NCBI GenBank assembly: GCA_018267065.1
Contig: JAFDZG010000197.1
Location: forward strand, 1,486 to 65,485
From: Bacteroidota bacterium
GTDB lineage: Bacteria > Bacteroidota > Bacteroidia > Flavobacteriales_F > PHOS-HE28
DNA: 64,000 nt
Direction: 5' to 3'
The notes beneath the pieces were generated by a model. The model had not been told where the DNA came from. It ran no database searches and saw nothing but the letters and a program-made list of their open reading frames with translations. Positions 18,779 through 28,700 of this stretch are shown here, piece by piece (position 1 is the first letter of the stretch; each line of letters starts with the position of its first letter). The translations under genes and the position numbers were made by a program.

Positions 18779-19963
18779 ATGAACAACAGCAACCGTGATC
18801 GGCTCTATGTTGATGATGCCCGGCAGCGCATCCGCCAGGGCCATCCATGGGTATATGACAACCAAGTGCTGCGCGCGGAAGGAAGACCGCATGCAGGAGG
18901 CATCGTACAGGTTTTCGACATAAAGAAGGGGCCGCTTGGCCAAGGCTACTTCAATCCCAGGTCCAAGATCCGGGTGCGGATGCTCACCAAAGACCTTGAT
19001 GAAGCCATTGATGCATCCTTCTTTCACCGAAAGATCGCGGCGGCATGGGCTTTCAGGCAGCGCATGGGCCAACCGGAAAGCTGCCGCGTGGTGTTCGGCG
19101 AGGCCGATGGCTTGCCTGCCTTGGTAGTGGACAAGTTCGGCGATGTCCTCGTGCTCCAGTCATTGGCATTGGGCATGGACCGGTTCAAGGCGGAGATCGT
19201 GGAGGCCTTGCGGGAGGTGCTGCAGCCGCGCGGCATCTATGAACGCAACGACGTGCCCGTGCGGGAAAAGGAAGGAATGGAGCAAGTGAGGGGCTTCATC
19301 GGTGAACCATTTGACACGAAGCTGGAGATCGCCGAAAATGGATTGCTGTTTGCGGTTGACGTGGCCCAGGGCCAGAAAACAGGGCATTTCCTGGACCAGC
19401 GGCTAAACCATGCGGCACTGGAGCATGTGGCAAACGGGGCCCGGGTGCTGGACTGCTTCACGCATACCGGCGGCTTTGCCCTCCACGCGGCCAAGTACGG
19501 TGCCTCGGAAGTGCTGGGCCTGGACATCAGTGAAGAGGCCGTAGCACTCGCACAGGGCAATGCGGCCCTGAACGGACTGGATGCCGTTGCCAAGTTCAAA
19601 CCGGCCAATGTCTTCGACTTTCTGGCAGGCCAAGGAAGAGGCACGGGCAAGTGGGACGTGGTGGTGCTTGATCCGCCCGCATTTGCCAAGAGCCGCACGG
19701 CACTGGACGGTGCGGTCCGCGGCTACAAGGAGATCAACCTGCGGGCCATGAAGATGTTGCCACCGGGCGGCTTTCTTGTAACGTGTTCCTGCTCGCAGCA
19801 CATGTTACCTGAGCTGTTCCGGAGAACCATTGCAGATGCCGCCCGCGATGCACACCGCGAACTGCGCGAGGTGTATTGCGGTGCGCAGCCACCGGACCAT
19901 CCGGTTCACTGGGCCATTCCTGAAACGCACTATTTAAAGTGCCTTGTATTGCAGGTGCTTTAG
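18779..19963 (+). CDS. rlmI: 23S rRNA (cytosine1962-C5)-methyltransferase RlmI-like (PUA plus class I SAM MTase)
   Basis: …VLDCFTHTGGFALHAAKYGASEVLGLDISEEAV…VVVLDPPAF… is a Rossmann MTase with an N-terminal PUA-like domain. Confidence 0.8.
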   Translation: MNNSNRDRLYVDDARQRIRQGHPWVYDNQVLRAEGRPHAGGIVQVFDIKKGPLGQGYFNPRSKIRVRMLTKDLDEAIDASFFHRKIAAAWAFRQRMGQPESCRVVFGEADGLPALVVDKFGDVLVLQSLALGMDRFKAEIVEALREVLQPRGIYERNDVPVREKEGMEQVRGFIGEPFDTKLEIAENGLLFAVDVAQGQKTGHFLDQRLNHAALEHVANGARVLDCFTHTGGFALHAAKYGASEVLGLDISEEAVALAQGNAALNGLDAVAKFKPANVFDFLAGQGRGTGKWDVVVLDPPAFAKSRTALDGAVRGYKEINLRAMKMLPPGGFLVTCSCSQHMLPELFRRTIADAARDAHRELREVYCGAQPPDHPVHWAIPETHYLKCLVLQVL

Positions 19964-21114
19964 TCGGCCCCCCGCCTATTGCCCGCTTTCTTGCGGCGCA
20001 GCGGCAGTGTGATTGTCCGCTTCCGGGGCCGCAGCTCCTTGTCTTCACCCAGAAGGTAGCCCCACGGTTTCAGCCCGGGTATTTCATCAAACACCAGCTT
20101 CATCATGCCGGTGATGGGGATGGCCAGCAACAAACCCATGAAGCCCCAAAGCGAGCCCCATGCCAGGAGGGCGATCATGCTGGCAAGCGGATTCAGGCTC
20201 ACGCTGGAGCCCACCACCTTGGGCGTGATGAAATTATTGTCGATGAACTGGGTGATGCCGATCACGGCCACCACGCCCAATGCGTACATCGTGGAGTCCT
20301 TCGTGAGCAGGGCAACCAAAACAGGAACGATCGCGCCCAGCCATGGGCCGATGTAGGGGATCACATTGAGCATGGCCGCAGTGATGCCCAAGAGCACCGC
20401 ATATTCCAGCCCCAGGGCAAGAAATCCCGCAGTGTCCAATACGGCAAGGAAGAGCATCACCGCAAGCATGCCCTTGAGCCATTGGCGGGACAGGCCGGCG
20501 ATGTTCTCCACCACGCGAAGCACCGTTCCGTCGCCATTGTATGGGAGCCGTGAGAAGAACTCGCGGAACCGGCCCTTCATCAACAGCAGGAAAAAGGTGA
20601 TGAAGGGAATGGCCAGCACCGTTGCGAAAGCCGCGCCCGTTGCGGAAAAAAGACTTACGGCCACGGTTCCCCCGCTCTTCACCAGGTCTGAGAACTTTTC
20701 CTCGATCCAGGCAGTTTGGCGTTCCTGTGCCACATGGAAACGGGCTTCCAGGTAGGCCTGTGCATCATTTACTTTAGCGAGGAGCGATTGCTGCAAGGCG
20801 GGCAGATCCTTGCCGAAGTGGGCGTATTGCGCGCCCATGAAGATGATCACACCGAAGAAGATCAGTACCAAGAGCATGCAGCTCGCCCCTGCAGCAAGCC
20901 AGAGTGGCCAGTTCCTGCGCTGCAATCGCTGGCACAGCGGCAGCAGCAGGAAGCTGAAGATGCCGGCCACGAACAGCAGCACGAACAGGCTTTGCCCGAA
21001 CCAGAGCAAGGAAACGGTTCCGATCAGCGCGAGCAAGGCCAGGACATAGCGCAACAGTGGATCGGTGATGCGCCCTTGGGCAGAAGCGGGGCTTGGTGGT
21101 GGAACCTCGGCCAT
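19960..21114 (-). CDS. AI-2E family transporter (PerM/YhhT-like, UPF0118) membrane protein
   Basis: Eight-TM topology, …AMLNVIPYIGPWLGAIVPVLVALL… family signature. The start was taken at the internal Met to avoid overlap. Confidence 0.8.
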   Translation of the reverse strand: MAEVPPPSPASAQGRITDPLLRYVLALLALIGTVSLLWFGQSLFVLLFVAGIFSFLLLPLCQRLQRRNWPLWLAAGASCMLLVLIFFGVIIFMGAQYAHFGKDLPALQQSLLAKVNDAQAYLEARFHVAQERQTAWIEEKFSDLVKSGGTVAVSLFSATGAAFATVLAIPFITFFLLLMKGRFREFFSRLPYNGDGTVLRVVENIAGLSRQWLKGMLAVMLFLAVLDTAGFLALGLEYAVLLGITAAMLNVIPYIGPWLGAIVPVLVALLTKDSTMYALGVVAVIGITQFIDNNFITPKVVGSSVSLNPLASMIALLAWGSLWGFMGLLLAIPITGMMKLVFDEIPGLKPWGYLLGEDKELRPRKRTITLPLRRKKAGNRRGAD

Positions 21115-21119
21115 GTTGC

Positions 21120-21551
21120 TCAGCCTTGCTGCTGGCGCCCTTCGCGCCGTTTCCGGATAAAGTCCCACGTACGTTCCAAGCTCAAGGACAGTTCCTTCGC
21201 AATGTCCGACCAGGAAACGCCCTCCAATTTCTTCAACAAGCCGGGCATCGCCAGCCCAAGGGCAAACAGACCGAGCCGTTTGCCCCAGCCCCCTTTGCCG
21301 GCCCCCATGGCCATGGTAAGTCCGCTGGTTACGGATGATCTCCCCAACAATGGCCCCAGCATTTTCCCCCAGCTGGATCCCCGCACCATTCCGCCCACCG
21401 AATTGGCCAGCAATGCGGTGCGAATTTCCTTGTCACGCAGCGCCTCCATGTGTGCTTCGAGCCTTGATCCATAATGGCTGCGCAAGGCATTCAAGCGCGA
21501 TCGTTCCGCCTCAACCTCAGCAAGGTTCGCAAAGCGCTCAGTCTTGGCCAT
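21120..21551 (-). CDS. Hypothetical protein: coiled-coil N-terminus plus Gly-rich membrane-associated C-terminus
   Basis: ORF only. Third member of the YtxH/holin-like trio. Confidence 0.45.
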   Translation of the reverse strand: MAKTERFANLAEVEAERSRLNALRSHYGSRLEAHMEALRDKEIRTALLANSVGGMVRGSSWGKMLGPLLGRSSVTSGLTMAMGAGKGGWGKRLGLFALGLAMPGLLKKLEGVSWSDIAKELSLSLERTWDFIRKRREGRQQQG

Positions 21552-21933
21552 GGTAGAGTGAATTGATCACCTTGAGGGTGATGGACCTCCGCAATGAAGT
21601 GCCGCCGGCCAAAATGAACAGGAGCAAGGTTAGGAGATAGACGCCCGCCACCATCAGGAATCCCAAAGCCTGGCTGTGCACCAGCGTGCCCAGCCAGATG
21701 GCAAAGGCAATGCTGGAACAGATGACAATAAGGACGGCCAATACGGAAATGATCAACAAACTGGCCAAGCTCCCGGCTGCTTTGCCCAACTGCTCGGATG
21801 TTTGCAGCTTGTAGTAATCCGTTTGCGCCTTGAAATAGGCCTTGCCATCATCCAAAGCGGAGGACAGCAGGTCGCCCATGTCCGCATCAACCGGCATCCG
21901 CGATTGCTCCTCCTGGTGTGGTTCAGTGTTCAT
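21538..21933 (-). CDS. Phage-holin-like membrane protein (Holin-X / holin superfamily III-like, two TM)
   Basis: …MGDLLSSALDDGKAYFKAQTDYYKLQTSEQLGKAAGSLASLLIISVLAVLIVICSSIAFAIWLGTLV…GFLMVAGVYLLTLLLFILAG matches the putative holin-X pattern, with no phage genes nearby. Confidence 0.6.
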   Translation of the reverse strand: MNTEPHQEEQSRMPVDADMGDLLSSALDDGKAYFKAQTDYYKLQTSEQLGKAAGSLASLLIISVLAVLIVICSSIAFAIWLGTLVHSQALGFLMVAGVYLLTLLLFILAGGTSLRRSITLKVINSLYHGQD

Positions 21934-21996
21934 GGAATGGCAGCCGGATCCATTGGGTGGCGGTTGCACGTCAATTGGCCGCCACGAACGTACGGA

Positions 21997-22326
21997 TCAA
22001 TTCTGCGAAGCTTGCTCCGCAGTGGAAGCCTTGCCCCGGTTGGTGACCCGCTCCTTCAGGTCCGCACCTTCGGCAGCCATGAAGTCCAGAAAATCATGCA
22101 GGTCTTCCTTGGTCATGTTGCGGCGTTCCACCATGCGCTTCCGCATTTTTTGCCAGCGTTCATGGCCTTGGTCCAGCAGGTCGTCAAGTTCCGCTTTCGC
22201 ACGATTGCCTTTGTCGCGGAGCAGTTTTCTGGTTTCCTTCCCGGAACGCGGTGCCAGCAAAATGCCCAGAGCTGCACCGGCCGCCATGCCGAGCAGTACG
22301 CCGATCAATGTTTTTTGGGTGCTCAT
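21997..22326 (-). CDS. YtxH domain-containing protein (general stress, membrane-anchored coiled-coil)
   Basis: MSTQKTLIGVLLGMAAGAALGILLAPRSGKETRKLLRDKG… is the classic YtxH N-terminus. Confidence 0.75.
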   Translation of the reverse strand: MSTQKTLIGVLLGMAAGAALGILLAPRSGKETRKLLRDKGNRAKAELDDLLDQGHERWQKMRKRMVERRNMTKEDLHDFLDFMAAEGADLKERVTNRGKASTAEQASQN

Positions 22327-22536
22327 TGTAATTTGGTGTTATGGACTTTCGGTCCGGCGGTGCACATGGAAAAACTGTGCCCTTTTGGGTGAACGCAGGC
22401 AAATGTGCAGGCAGGGGATCCTAGGAGGCTTGCTCCGTCGGATTCAGGCCCTCCGGGCAAGTTGGTCAAAACCGTGGAGCAATCGCCCCAGTACCGTGAA
22501 AAACGGTACCTGTACGTTCCTCTTCGGCCGGTGGGT

Positions 22537-23403
22537 TCAAATGCGCTCGTGCACGCGCACTGCGGTAAACGTGCGTTGGCTCAGCGAATAGGAGTGCCCC
22601 TTGGAAATGATGTGCACGCGCATGCCTTCAATGCTGAACGGCTCACCCTCCTCCACATCGGCGAAATTGCTGTATGCAATGTCATGGCCGTCAAAGATCA
22701 TCACCTGTCCGCTACCAATGGTTTCCAGCATGTCCCCATCGGTGATCACCACGCCGGTGTCCTCACCCAGCCCGATGCCGATGGAGTTGGGGTTGCCGGC
22801 CACGGCTTGGGTGAGGCGGCTGAACCGGCCCCGTTCCACGAAATGGCTGTCAATGATCACATCCTGGATGAGGCCTGCGCCGGTGGTCATTTTCACTCCG
22901 CCCTTTATCAGGCCGGTGGCGCTGTGCCCCTGGTAGATCATGGTGCTGCTCATGCACATGGCACCCGCGCTGGTGCCTGCTATCACGAACTTTTTTTCGT
23001 CGCGGTACCTGCGCTTCATCAGTTCCAGGAATGCGGTGCCGCCGAAAATGGTGGTCAATCGGAGCTGATTGCCCCCGCTCAGCATTACACCGTCCGCCTT
23101 GGAGAGGCGTTTTACCATGTCCGGTTTCACGTCCTGCCGGTCGCGGATGTCCAGTACATCCAACTCACGCACGCCCAGCTTTCCGAAGGCCTCCCGGTAG
23201 TTTTCGGCCACTTCCTTGGGGATGCTGCTGGCGGATGTTACCAAGGCTATGTGCGCCGAAGGACCGCCCATTTCATCCACCACGCGCCTCAATATGCCGT
23301 CTTCTATGAATGAACCACTGTCGGATCCCGGCTTCTCAACGCCGTTTCCCTTGTTTTCGGCACCGCCGATGGCGATCAACTTCCCCTTGGGCTTCAAGTC
23401 CAT
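22537..23403 (-). CDS. cphB: Cyanophycinase (peptidase S51)
   Basis: …KLIAIGGAE…FVIAGTSAGAMCMSSTMI…GLGEDTGVV… is the S51 family Ser-nucleophile GTSAG motif. Confidence 0.85.
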   Translation of the reverse strand: MDLKPKGKLIAIGGAENKGNGVEKPGSDSGSFIEDGILRRVVDEMGGPSAHIALVTSASSIPKEVAENYREAFGKLGVRELDVLDIRDRQDVKPDMVKRLSKADGVMLSGGNQLRLTTIFGGTAFLELMKRRYRDEKKFVIAGTSAGAMCMSSTMIYQGHSATGLIKGGVKMTTGAGLIQDVIIDSHFVERGRFSRLTQAVAGNPNSIGIGLGEDTGVVITDGDMLETIGSGQVMIFDGHDIAYSNFADVEEGEPFSIEGMRVHIISKGHSYSLSQRTFTAVRVHERI

Positions 23404-23417
23404 GCTTCAGGTATTGT

Positions 23418-23428
23418 CCCCCCCCCCC
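23418..23428. repeat. Homopolymeric C11 (G11 on the cphB coding strand) tract 15 nt upstream of the cphB start codon, inside the cphB/cphA divergent control region
   Basis: Counted directly: tgtccc cccccccc gtg. Confidence 0.9.
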
Positions 23429-23567
23429 GTGTGCGCTTCCCCGTTCACGCGGTGCGCCGGTCAATGCTGTTTGGGCAAATTTAGGGGTGTTGGCGTGCCG
23501 GGGTAAAGCAGGGGAGTTATTGTTCAACAGCGCGATCTTCATACATTGACCGCACCAATCCCGGTTA

Positions 23568-26228
23568 ATGATGCGGATCCTGGAGCTGAAGGCCATGCGT
23601 GGCCCTAATTACTGGTCGGTAAAGCGCCACAAGCTGGTGGTGATGCGCTTGGACATCGGCGGGCTTGAGGAGCGCCCCACCGACAAGATCCCCGGCTTCT
23701 TGGAACGCCTGAAGGCCATGCTTCCTTCGATGTACTCCCACCGCTGCAGTGAGGACCACGAAGGGGGCTTTTTTGAACGCGTGGAGCGTGGCACTTGGAT
23801 GGGGCATGTGATCGAACACATTGCATTGGAGATCCAGACCCTTGCGGGGATGGACACCGGCTTTGGCCGAACGCGCGGCACCGGGGAACACGGCATTTAC
23901 AATGTGGTGTTCAGCTACATTGAAGAAGCGGTGGGGCTATATGCGGCCAAGGCTTCCGTGCGCATCGCCGAAGCATTGATCACCGGCGCGGCCTATGACC
24001 TGGATGCGGACATCCAGCAAATGCGGGAACTGCGGGAGGAAACCCGGTTGGGCCCCAGCACCGGTTCCATTGTGGAGGAAGCGGCAAAACGGGGCATACC
24101 GTTCCTGCGCCTCAACGGCCAAAGCTTGGTTCAGCTGGGCCACGGGGTTCACCAAAAACGCATCCGCGCCACCATCACCAGCCGCACCAGCAACATCGGG
24201 GTGGAGATCGCGTGTGACAAGGAAGAGACCAAGCAGTTGCTGGAGAGCTACGAGATCCCCGTTCCCAAAGGCCGCGTAGTACGCACGGAAGAGGGCCTGT
24301 TGGCCGCGTTGGAAAGCGTGGGCTTCCCTTGCGTTATCAAGCCCATCGGAGGTAACCACGGCCGTGGGGCAACGATCGGCATCAAGAGCTTGGAAGAGGC
24401 AAGAACGGCCTTGGCCTTGGCCAAGGAAGTGAGCCGCAGCGCGGTGGTGGAAAAGGAGATCAAAGGATTGGACCACCGGTTGCTGGTGATCAACCACAAG
24501 TTCGTGGCAGCTGCCAAGCGCACGCCTGCATGCGTAGTGGGCGACGGCAAGCGCACCATTGAGGAGCTCGTTGCCGAAGTGAACAAAGATCCACGCAGGG
24601 GCTTCGGGCATGAAAAGGTGCTCACCGCCATCACCATTGATGCACATACGTTGGAGTTGTTGGGCCGCACTGGCATGGACCCCCAAAGCATACCGGCCAA
24701 GGATGCAGTGGTCTACTTGAAAGCCACGGCCAACCTGAGCACGGGCGGCACGGCCACGGATGTCACCGAATTGGTGCACTCCTACAACATTTTCATGGCG
24801 GAGCGCATCTCACGCATCATCGACCTGGACATCTGCGGCATCGACATCATGACCGAGGACATCACCCGGCCGTTGAACGAGTGCGGAGCGGTGCTGGAGG
24901 TGAATGCGGCGCCCGGGTTCCGTATGCACCTGGACCCCACTGAAGGGTTGGGCCGCAACGTGGCCGAGCCCGTGGTGGACATGCTCTTTCCGCCGGGAGC
25001 GCCCAGCCGCATCCCCATCATTGCGGTTACCGGAACCAACGGCAAAACCACCACCACCCGCCTCATTGCCCACATCATGCGCAGCCATGGCCACAAAGTG
25101 GGCATGACCTGCACCGATGGCGTTTACATCATGAACCGCGTGCTGATGCAAGGGGATTGCACGGGGCCTGTGAGCGCGCAATTCGTGCTGAAGGATCCCT
25201 TGGTGGACATGGCCGTGCTGGAAACCGCCCGTGGCGGCATGCTGCGCAGCGGCCTTGGATTTGAGCACTGCGACGTGGGCATCTGCACCAATGTGGCAGC
25301 GGACCATCTCGGCCTGAAGGACATCAACACCTTGGAGGAACTGGCCAACGTGAAAAGCACCGTGCCGCGCAGTGTAAGGCGTGACGGTTATGCCATCCTC
25401 AATGCCGATGATGAACTGGTGATGGCCATGCGGAAACAATGCGATTGCAAGATCGCCCTCTTCAGCCTGGACGAAAACAACCGCTTGATACGGCAGCACT
25501 GCAAACTGGGTGGTTTGGCCGCGATCTACGAGAACGGGTTCATCACCATCAGCAAGGGTGAATGGAAATTGCGCATTGAAAAAGCGGCCATTGTGCCATT
25601 GACCTATGGCGGCAGGGCGGTGTTCAACATCCAGAACATCCTTCCCGCCGTGCTGGCGGCATACGTGCAAGGGGTGAAAGTGGAAGAGTTGCGGGAAGCG
25701 CTCAGCACCTTCGTGCCCTCGCCTGCGCAGACCCCGGGCCGGCTCAACCTGTTCCAGTTCCGCAATTTCCAAGTGGTGGTGGACTACGCACACAACCCGC
25801 ACGGCTTCGAGGCACTGGGCCGCTTCCTCAGTAAAGTTCCGGAAAGCCCCAAGGTGGGCGTAATAGCCGGGGTGGGCGACCGCCGGGACGAGGATACCAT
25901 TGCATTGGGCCGTCTCAGCGCCAAAATGTTCGATGAGATCATCATCCGGCAGGACCGCAACCTGCGCGGCAAGAGCGATGATGACATCATTGCCCTGATG
26001 GTGAAGGGGATCAAGGAGGTGGATCCCAAGAAGAAATACACGATCATCAAGAAGGAGGAAGAGGCCATCCGTTACGCCATCAGCACCGCCAAGCCAGGCA
26101 GTTTCCTCACGCTTTGCAGCGACGTGGTGCCCGATGCCCTGGCCCTGGTGATGAAGCTGAAGGAGGAGGAGGACAAGGTGCCCTTCAGCAAGGACGACAT
26201 TCCGAACCGGAACAAGGAGTTGGTGTAG
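23568..26228 (+). CDS. cphA: Cyanophycin synthetase (ATP-grasp plus Mur-ligase-like domains)
   Basis: 886 aa. N-terminus MMRILELKAMRGPNYWSVKRHKLVVMRLDIG…, ATP-grasp core, and …IIAVTGTNGKTTTTRLIAHIM… Mur-ligase P-loop. Divergent from cphB. Confidence 0.9.
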   Translation: MMRILELKAMRGPNYWSVKRHKLVVMRLDIGGLEERPTDKIPGFLERLKAMLPSMYSHRCSEDHEGGFFERVERGTWMGHVIEHIALEIQTLAGMDTGFGRTRGTGEHGIYNVVFSYIEEAVGLYAAKASVRIAEALITGAAYDLDADIQQMRELREETRLGPSTGSIVEEAAKRGIPFLRLNGQSLVQLGHGVHQKRIRATITSRTSNIGVEIACDKEETKQLLESYEIPVPKGRVVRTEEGLLAALESVGFPCVIKPIGGNHGRGATIGIKSLEEARTALALAKEVSRSAVVEKEIKGLDHRLLVINHKFVAAAKRTPACVVGDGKRTIEELVAEVNKDPRRGFGHEKVLTAITIDAHTLELLGRTGMDPQSIPAKDAVVYLKATANLSTGGTATDVTELVHSYNIFMAERISRIIDLDICGIDIMTEDITRPLNECGAVLEVNAAPGFRMHLDPTEGLGRNVAEPVVDMLFPPGAPSRIPIIAVTGTNGKTTTTRLIAHIMRSHGHKVGMTCTDGVYIMNRVLMQGDCTGPVSAQFVLKDPLVDMAVLETARGGMLRSGLGFEHCDVGICTNVAADHLGLKDINTLEELANVKSTVPRSVRRDGYAILNADDELVMAMRKQCDCKIALFSLDENNRLIRQHCKLGGLAAIYENGFITISKGEWKLRIEKAAIVPLTYGGRAVFNIQNILPAVLAAYVQGVKVEELREALSTFVPSPAQTPGRLNLFQFRNFQVVVDYAHNPHGFEALGRFLSKVPESPKVGVIAGVGDRRDEDTIALGRLSAKMFDEIIIRQDRNLRGKSDDDIIALMVKGIKEVDPKKKYTIIKKEEEAIRYAISTAKPGSFLTLCSDVVPDALALVMKLKEEEDKVPFSKDDIPNRNKELV

Positions 26229-26260
26229 CACGAAGGGCTACCGTGCCCCGGCCCGGGGTA

Positions 26261-26500
26261 TTACTTCTTGAGCGCCCTCACCAGGACGATCAATAACACC
26301 GCGCCTGCGGTGGCGCAGATCAATTGCCCGATGACGCTGGTGGGCGCCAACCCCAGAATGTCGAAGACCCAGCCACCGAAGAGGCCGCCAACCAGGCCGA
26401 GAATGATGTTCACGACCAAGCCGTAGCCTTGGCCTTTCATGATGCGCCCGGCCAACCAGCCGGCAACACCGCCAATAATGAGGCTCCAGATCAGTCCCAT
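26261..26500 (-). CDS. GlsB/YeaQ/YmgE-family small stress membrane protein (transglycosylase-associated)
   Basis: MGLIWSLIIGGVAGWLAGRIMKGQGYGLVVNIILGLVGGLFGGWVFDILG… is an 80-aa family signature. The longer ORF to 26707 is an N-terminal artefact. Confidence 0.8.
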   Translation of the reverse strand: MGLIWSLIIGGVAGWLAGRIMKGQGYGLVVNIILGLVGGLFGGWVFDILGLAPTSVIGQLICATAGAVLLIVLVRALKK

Positions 26501-26532
26501 GGTGCGTTGGTCAATTCGTGCACTGCATAGGT

Positions 26533-26565
26533 ACAAAAAGAAAGGCCCCGTTCCGACGGGGCCTT
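26533..26565 (-). terminator. Rho-independent terminator of rplS (aaggccccg-ttccga-cggggcctt, then UCUUUUUGU on the transcript strand)
   Basis: 9-bp GC-rich stem plus U-tract read on the minus strand immediately after the rplS stop. Confidence 0.75.
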
Positions 26566-26588
26566 CCGGGATCGTGAAAATGCAAGCC

Positions 26589-27008
26589 TCACTTTGCTTC
26601 CACGGCTGCGGCTTTCTTCTTTGACGCAGCCTTGCCCTTGGAACCTTCTTCCGCGGCCACGGGCATGCGGCGCTCCTTGATGCGCGCGCTCTTGCCGCGA
26701 CGATCACGGATGTAGAAGATGCGGGCGCGGTTCACGTCGCCGCGCTTGTTCACTTCAATGTTCTCCAGGAAAGGGGAGGAGATGGGGAAAATGCGTTCCA
26801 CGCCCACCGATCCACTCATTTTGCGAACCGTGAAAGTGGCGGTGCTGCCGCTTCCCTTGCACTGCACCACCACGCCTTGGAACTGCTGGGTCCGCTCCTT
26901 GTTGCCTTCGCTGATGCGATAGTGCACGGTGATGGTATCACCGGCCTTAAAGTCGATCTGTTGTTTCACAGGGGTCCACTCCTTCTCCAATTGCTTGATC
27001 TTGTCCAT
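26589..27008 (-). CDS. rplS: 50S ribosomal protein L19 with a K/A-rich C-terminal extension
   Basis: MDKIKQLEKEWTPVKQQIDFKAGDTITVHYRISEGNKERTQQFQGVVVQCKGSGSTATFTVRKMSGSVGVERIFPISSPF…. Confidence 0.9.
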   Translation of the reverse strand: MDKIKQLEKEWTPVKQQIDFKAGDTITVHYRISEGNKERTQQFQGVVVQCKGSGSTATFTVRKMSGSVGVERIFPISSPFLENIEVNKRGDVNRARIFYIRDRRGKSARIKERRMPVAAEEGSKGKAASKKKAAAVEAK

Positions 27009-27090
27009 GGCGCTCAGCGGTTTGCGGCAACATACCCTGCCGTTCGGGGGCGCAATATTACGAAAAAATCCCCTTCGTGCAGAGTGCCGG

Positions 27091-27777
27091 TCATTGATCC
27101 ATTCCATCCAACAGTTCCGGCCTGCGCTGCCGGGTGCGCTGCACGCTCTGTTGATGGCGCCATTCCTCGATCTTGGCCGCATGCCCGCTCATTAACACTT
27201 CCGGTACCCGCCATTCTCCGTACACCTCGGGGCGCGTATAGGCGGGCGGAGCCACCAGGCCGTCCTGAAAGCTGTCCGACAGGGCGCTGGTCTCATCGCC
27301 TAGCACGCCAGGTACCAATCGTATCAAGGCATCGCTGAGCACGGCTGCGGGAAGTTCGCCGCCGCTGAGCACATAGTTCCCGATGCTGACCTCCATGGTG
27401 ATCAGGTGTTCACGGACGCGTTCGTCCACACCTTTGTAATGGCCGCACAACAGGATGAGGTTTCCCAAGGTGCTCATCCGGTTCACCATGGGCTGGTCCA
27501 GCAGGGCACCGTCAGGGCTCATGTAGATCACCTCTTCATAGTGCCGCTCCGCCTGGAGGTGGGAGATGGCCTTGTGGACCGGCGCGATGGACATCACCAT
27601 GCCGGCACCGCCGCCGAAGGGATAATCGTCAACCCGCTTGTGCTTGTCCTCGCTGTAGGCACGCAAATCATGCACATGGACCTCGGCGAGCCCCTTTGCC
27701 CGGGCGCGCTTCAAAATGCTCTCGTTGAAATAGCTGTCCAGCAGGGCCGGCAGCGCCGTGATGATATCGATGCGCAT
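27091..27777 (-). CDS. trmD: tRNA (guanine37-N1)-methyltransferase
   Basis: [25 protein letters not shown]…[13 protein letters not shown]…[13 protein letters not shown]…[14 protein letters not shown]… is a SPOUT knot. Standard trmD–rplS order. Confidence 0.9.
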   Translation of the reverse strand: MRIDIITALPALLDSYFNESILKRARAKGLAEVHVHDLRAYSEDKHKRVDDYPFGGGAGMVMSIAPVHKAISHLQAERHYEEVIYMSPDGALLDQPMVNRMSTLGNLILLCGHYKGVDERVREHLITMEVSIGNYVLSGGELPAAVLSDALIRLVPGVLGDETSALSDSFQDGLVAPPAYTRPEVYGEWRVPEVLMSGHAAKIEEWRHQQSVQRTRQRRPELLDGMDQ

Positions 27778-27879
27778 CGCCGCAAAAGTACCGGCCCTGG
27801 AGGTATTCCCTTGCCTCAACCGGGCCGTGCATACCTTCGGCATCGTTCTTGCCGTAGAAGCCACCAAACCGAAAGATTG

Positions 27880-28623
27880 ATGAAACGCCTTTTCCTTGTT
27901 CCGGTGCTAGCTGTTCTGGCCTTTGCCGGCACGGGCCGCGCCCAGGATAAAAAGCCGTACGACGACCTGCTGGTGAAGTACGTTGACGAGAAGTATGAGG
28001 AATGCCTGGCCAAGGCCGAGCGGTACACGATGAACGACAATACCAAGCGCGACCCGCTGCCATATCTGTACATGAGCATGTGCCTGTATGAGATGAGCAA
28101 GATCCCGAAGTACCAGGCCATGGAAGAGTACAAGAAAGCGGACAGGGATGCGCTGAAGTGGGCTGAGAAGTACCGCAAGAAGGACAAGGACAAGGAATTC
28201 TTCAACAACTATGAGGACTATTGGGGCGAGCTGAACACCATGGCGCAGGAAAGCGGCCTGAACGAGTATGACAGCGGCGCAAAGGGCATGAGCAAGGCGC
28301 GCCGGTACTTTGATTCCATGACGGGCTATTATCCCGAAAACCCCGGAGCATGGCTGATGCTCGGGCTGACGAATTACGGAAGCAACATGGCCAAGGAGGG
28401 AGATGAGGCCATTTCCAAATACAAAGCAGCCTTGGAAGCGGCAGGTGGCATTGACCGGCTTCCGGAAGACCAGAAGAAGTTAATGAAGGCCGGGTTGATC
28501 CGCTATGCGGAGTACTTGGACAGCAAGGGCGACAAGAGCGGTGCAAAGGCTGCCATGGAAACCGGGAAAGAGGCTTTCATGGACGATGCAGAGTTCAAGG
28601 CAGCCTACGAAAGCTATCAATAA
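27880..28623 (+). CDS. Secreted K/E/Y-rich hypothetical protein (signal peptide [22 protein letters not shown])
   Basis: ORF plus signal peptide. No recognisable domain. Confidence 0.5.
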   Translation: MKRLFLVPVLAVLAFAGTGRAQDKKPYDDLLVKYVDEKYEECLAKAERYTMNDNTKRDPLPYLYMSMCLYEMSKIPKYQAMEEYKKADRDALKWAEKYRKKDKDKEFFNNYEDYWGELNTMAQESGLNEYDSGAKGMSKARRYFDSMTGYYPENPGAWLMLGLTNYGSNMAKEGDEAISKYKAALEAAGGIDRLPEDQKKLMKAGLIRYAEYLDSKGDKSGAKAAMETGKEAFMDDAEFKAAYESYQ

Positions 28624-28700
28624 CCCCAAGTGTTGCGGCGCTGCCTGCGGCCAATGGCAAGTTGTGCGGTGACCTTCGGGGCTGCGCCTACTTTTGCGGC

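Noticed and set aside
22405-23313. 302-aa plus-strand ORF
   Set aside because: Antisense to cphB (clear S51 peptidase).
23937-26231. Minus-strand ORFs 23937..24779 and 24810..26231 (473 aa)
   Set aside because: Antisense to cphA, which has unmistakable ATP-grasp and Mur-ligase motifs.
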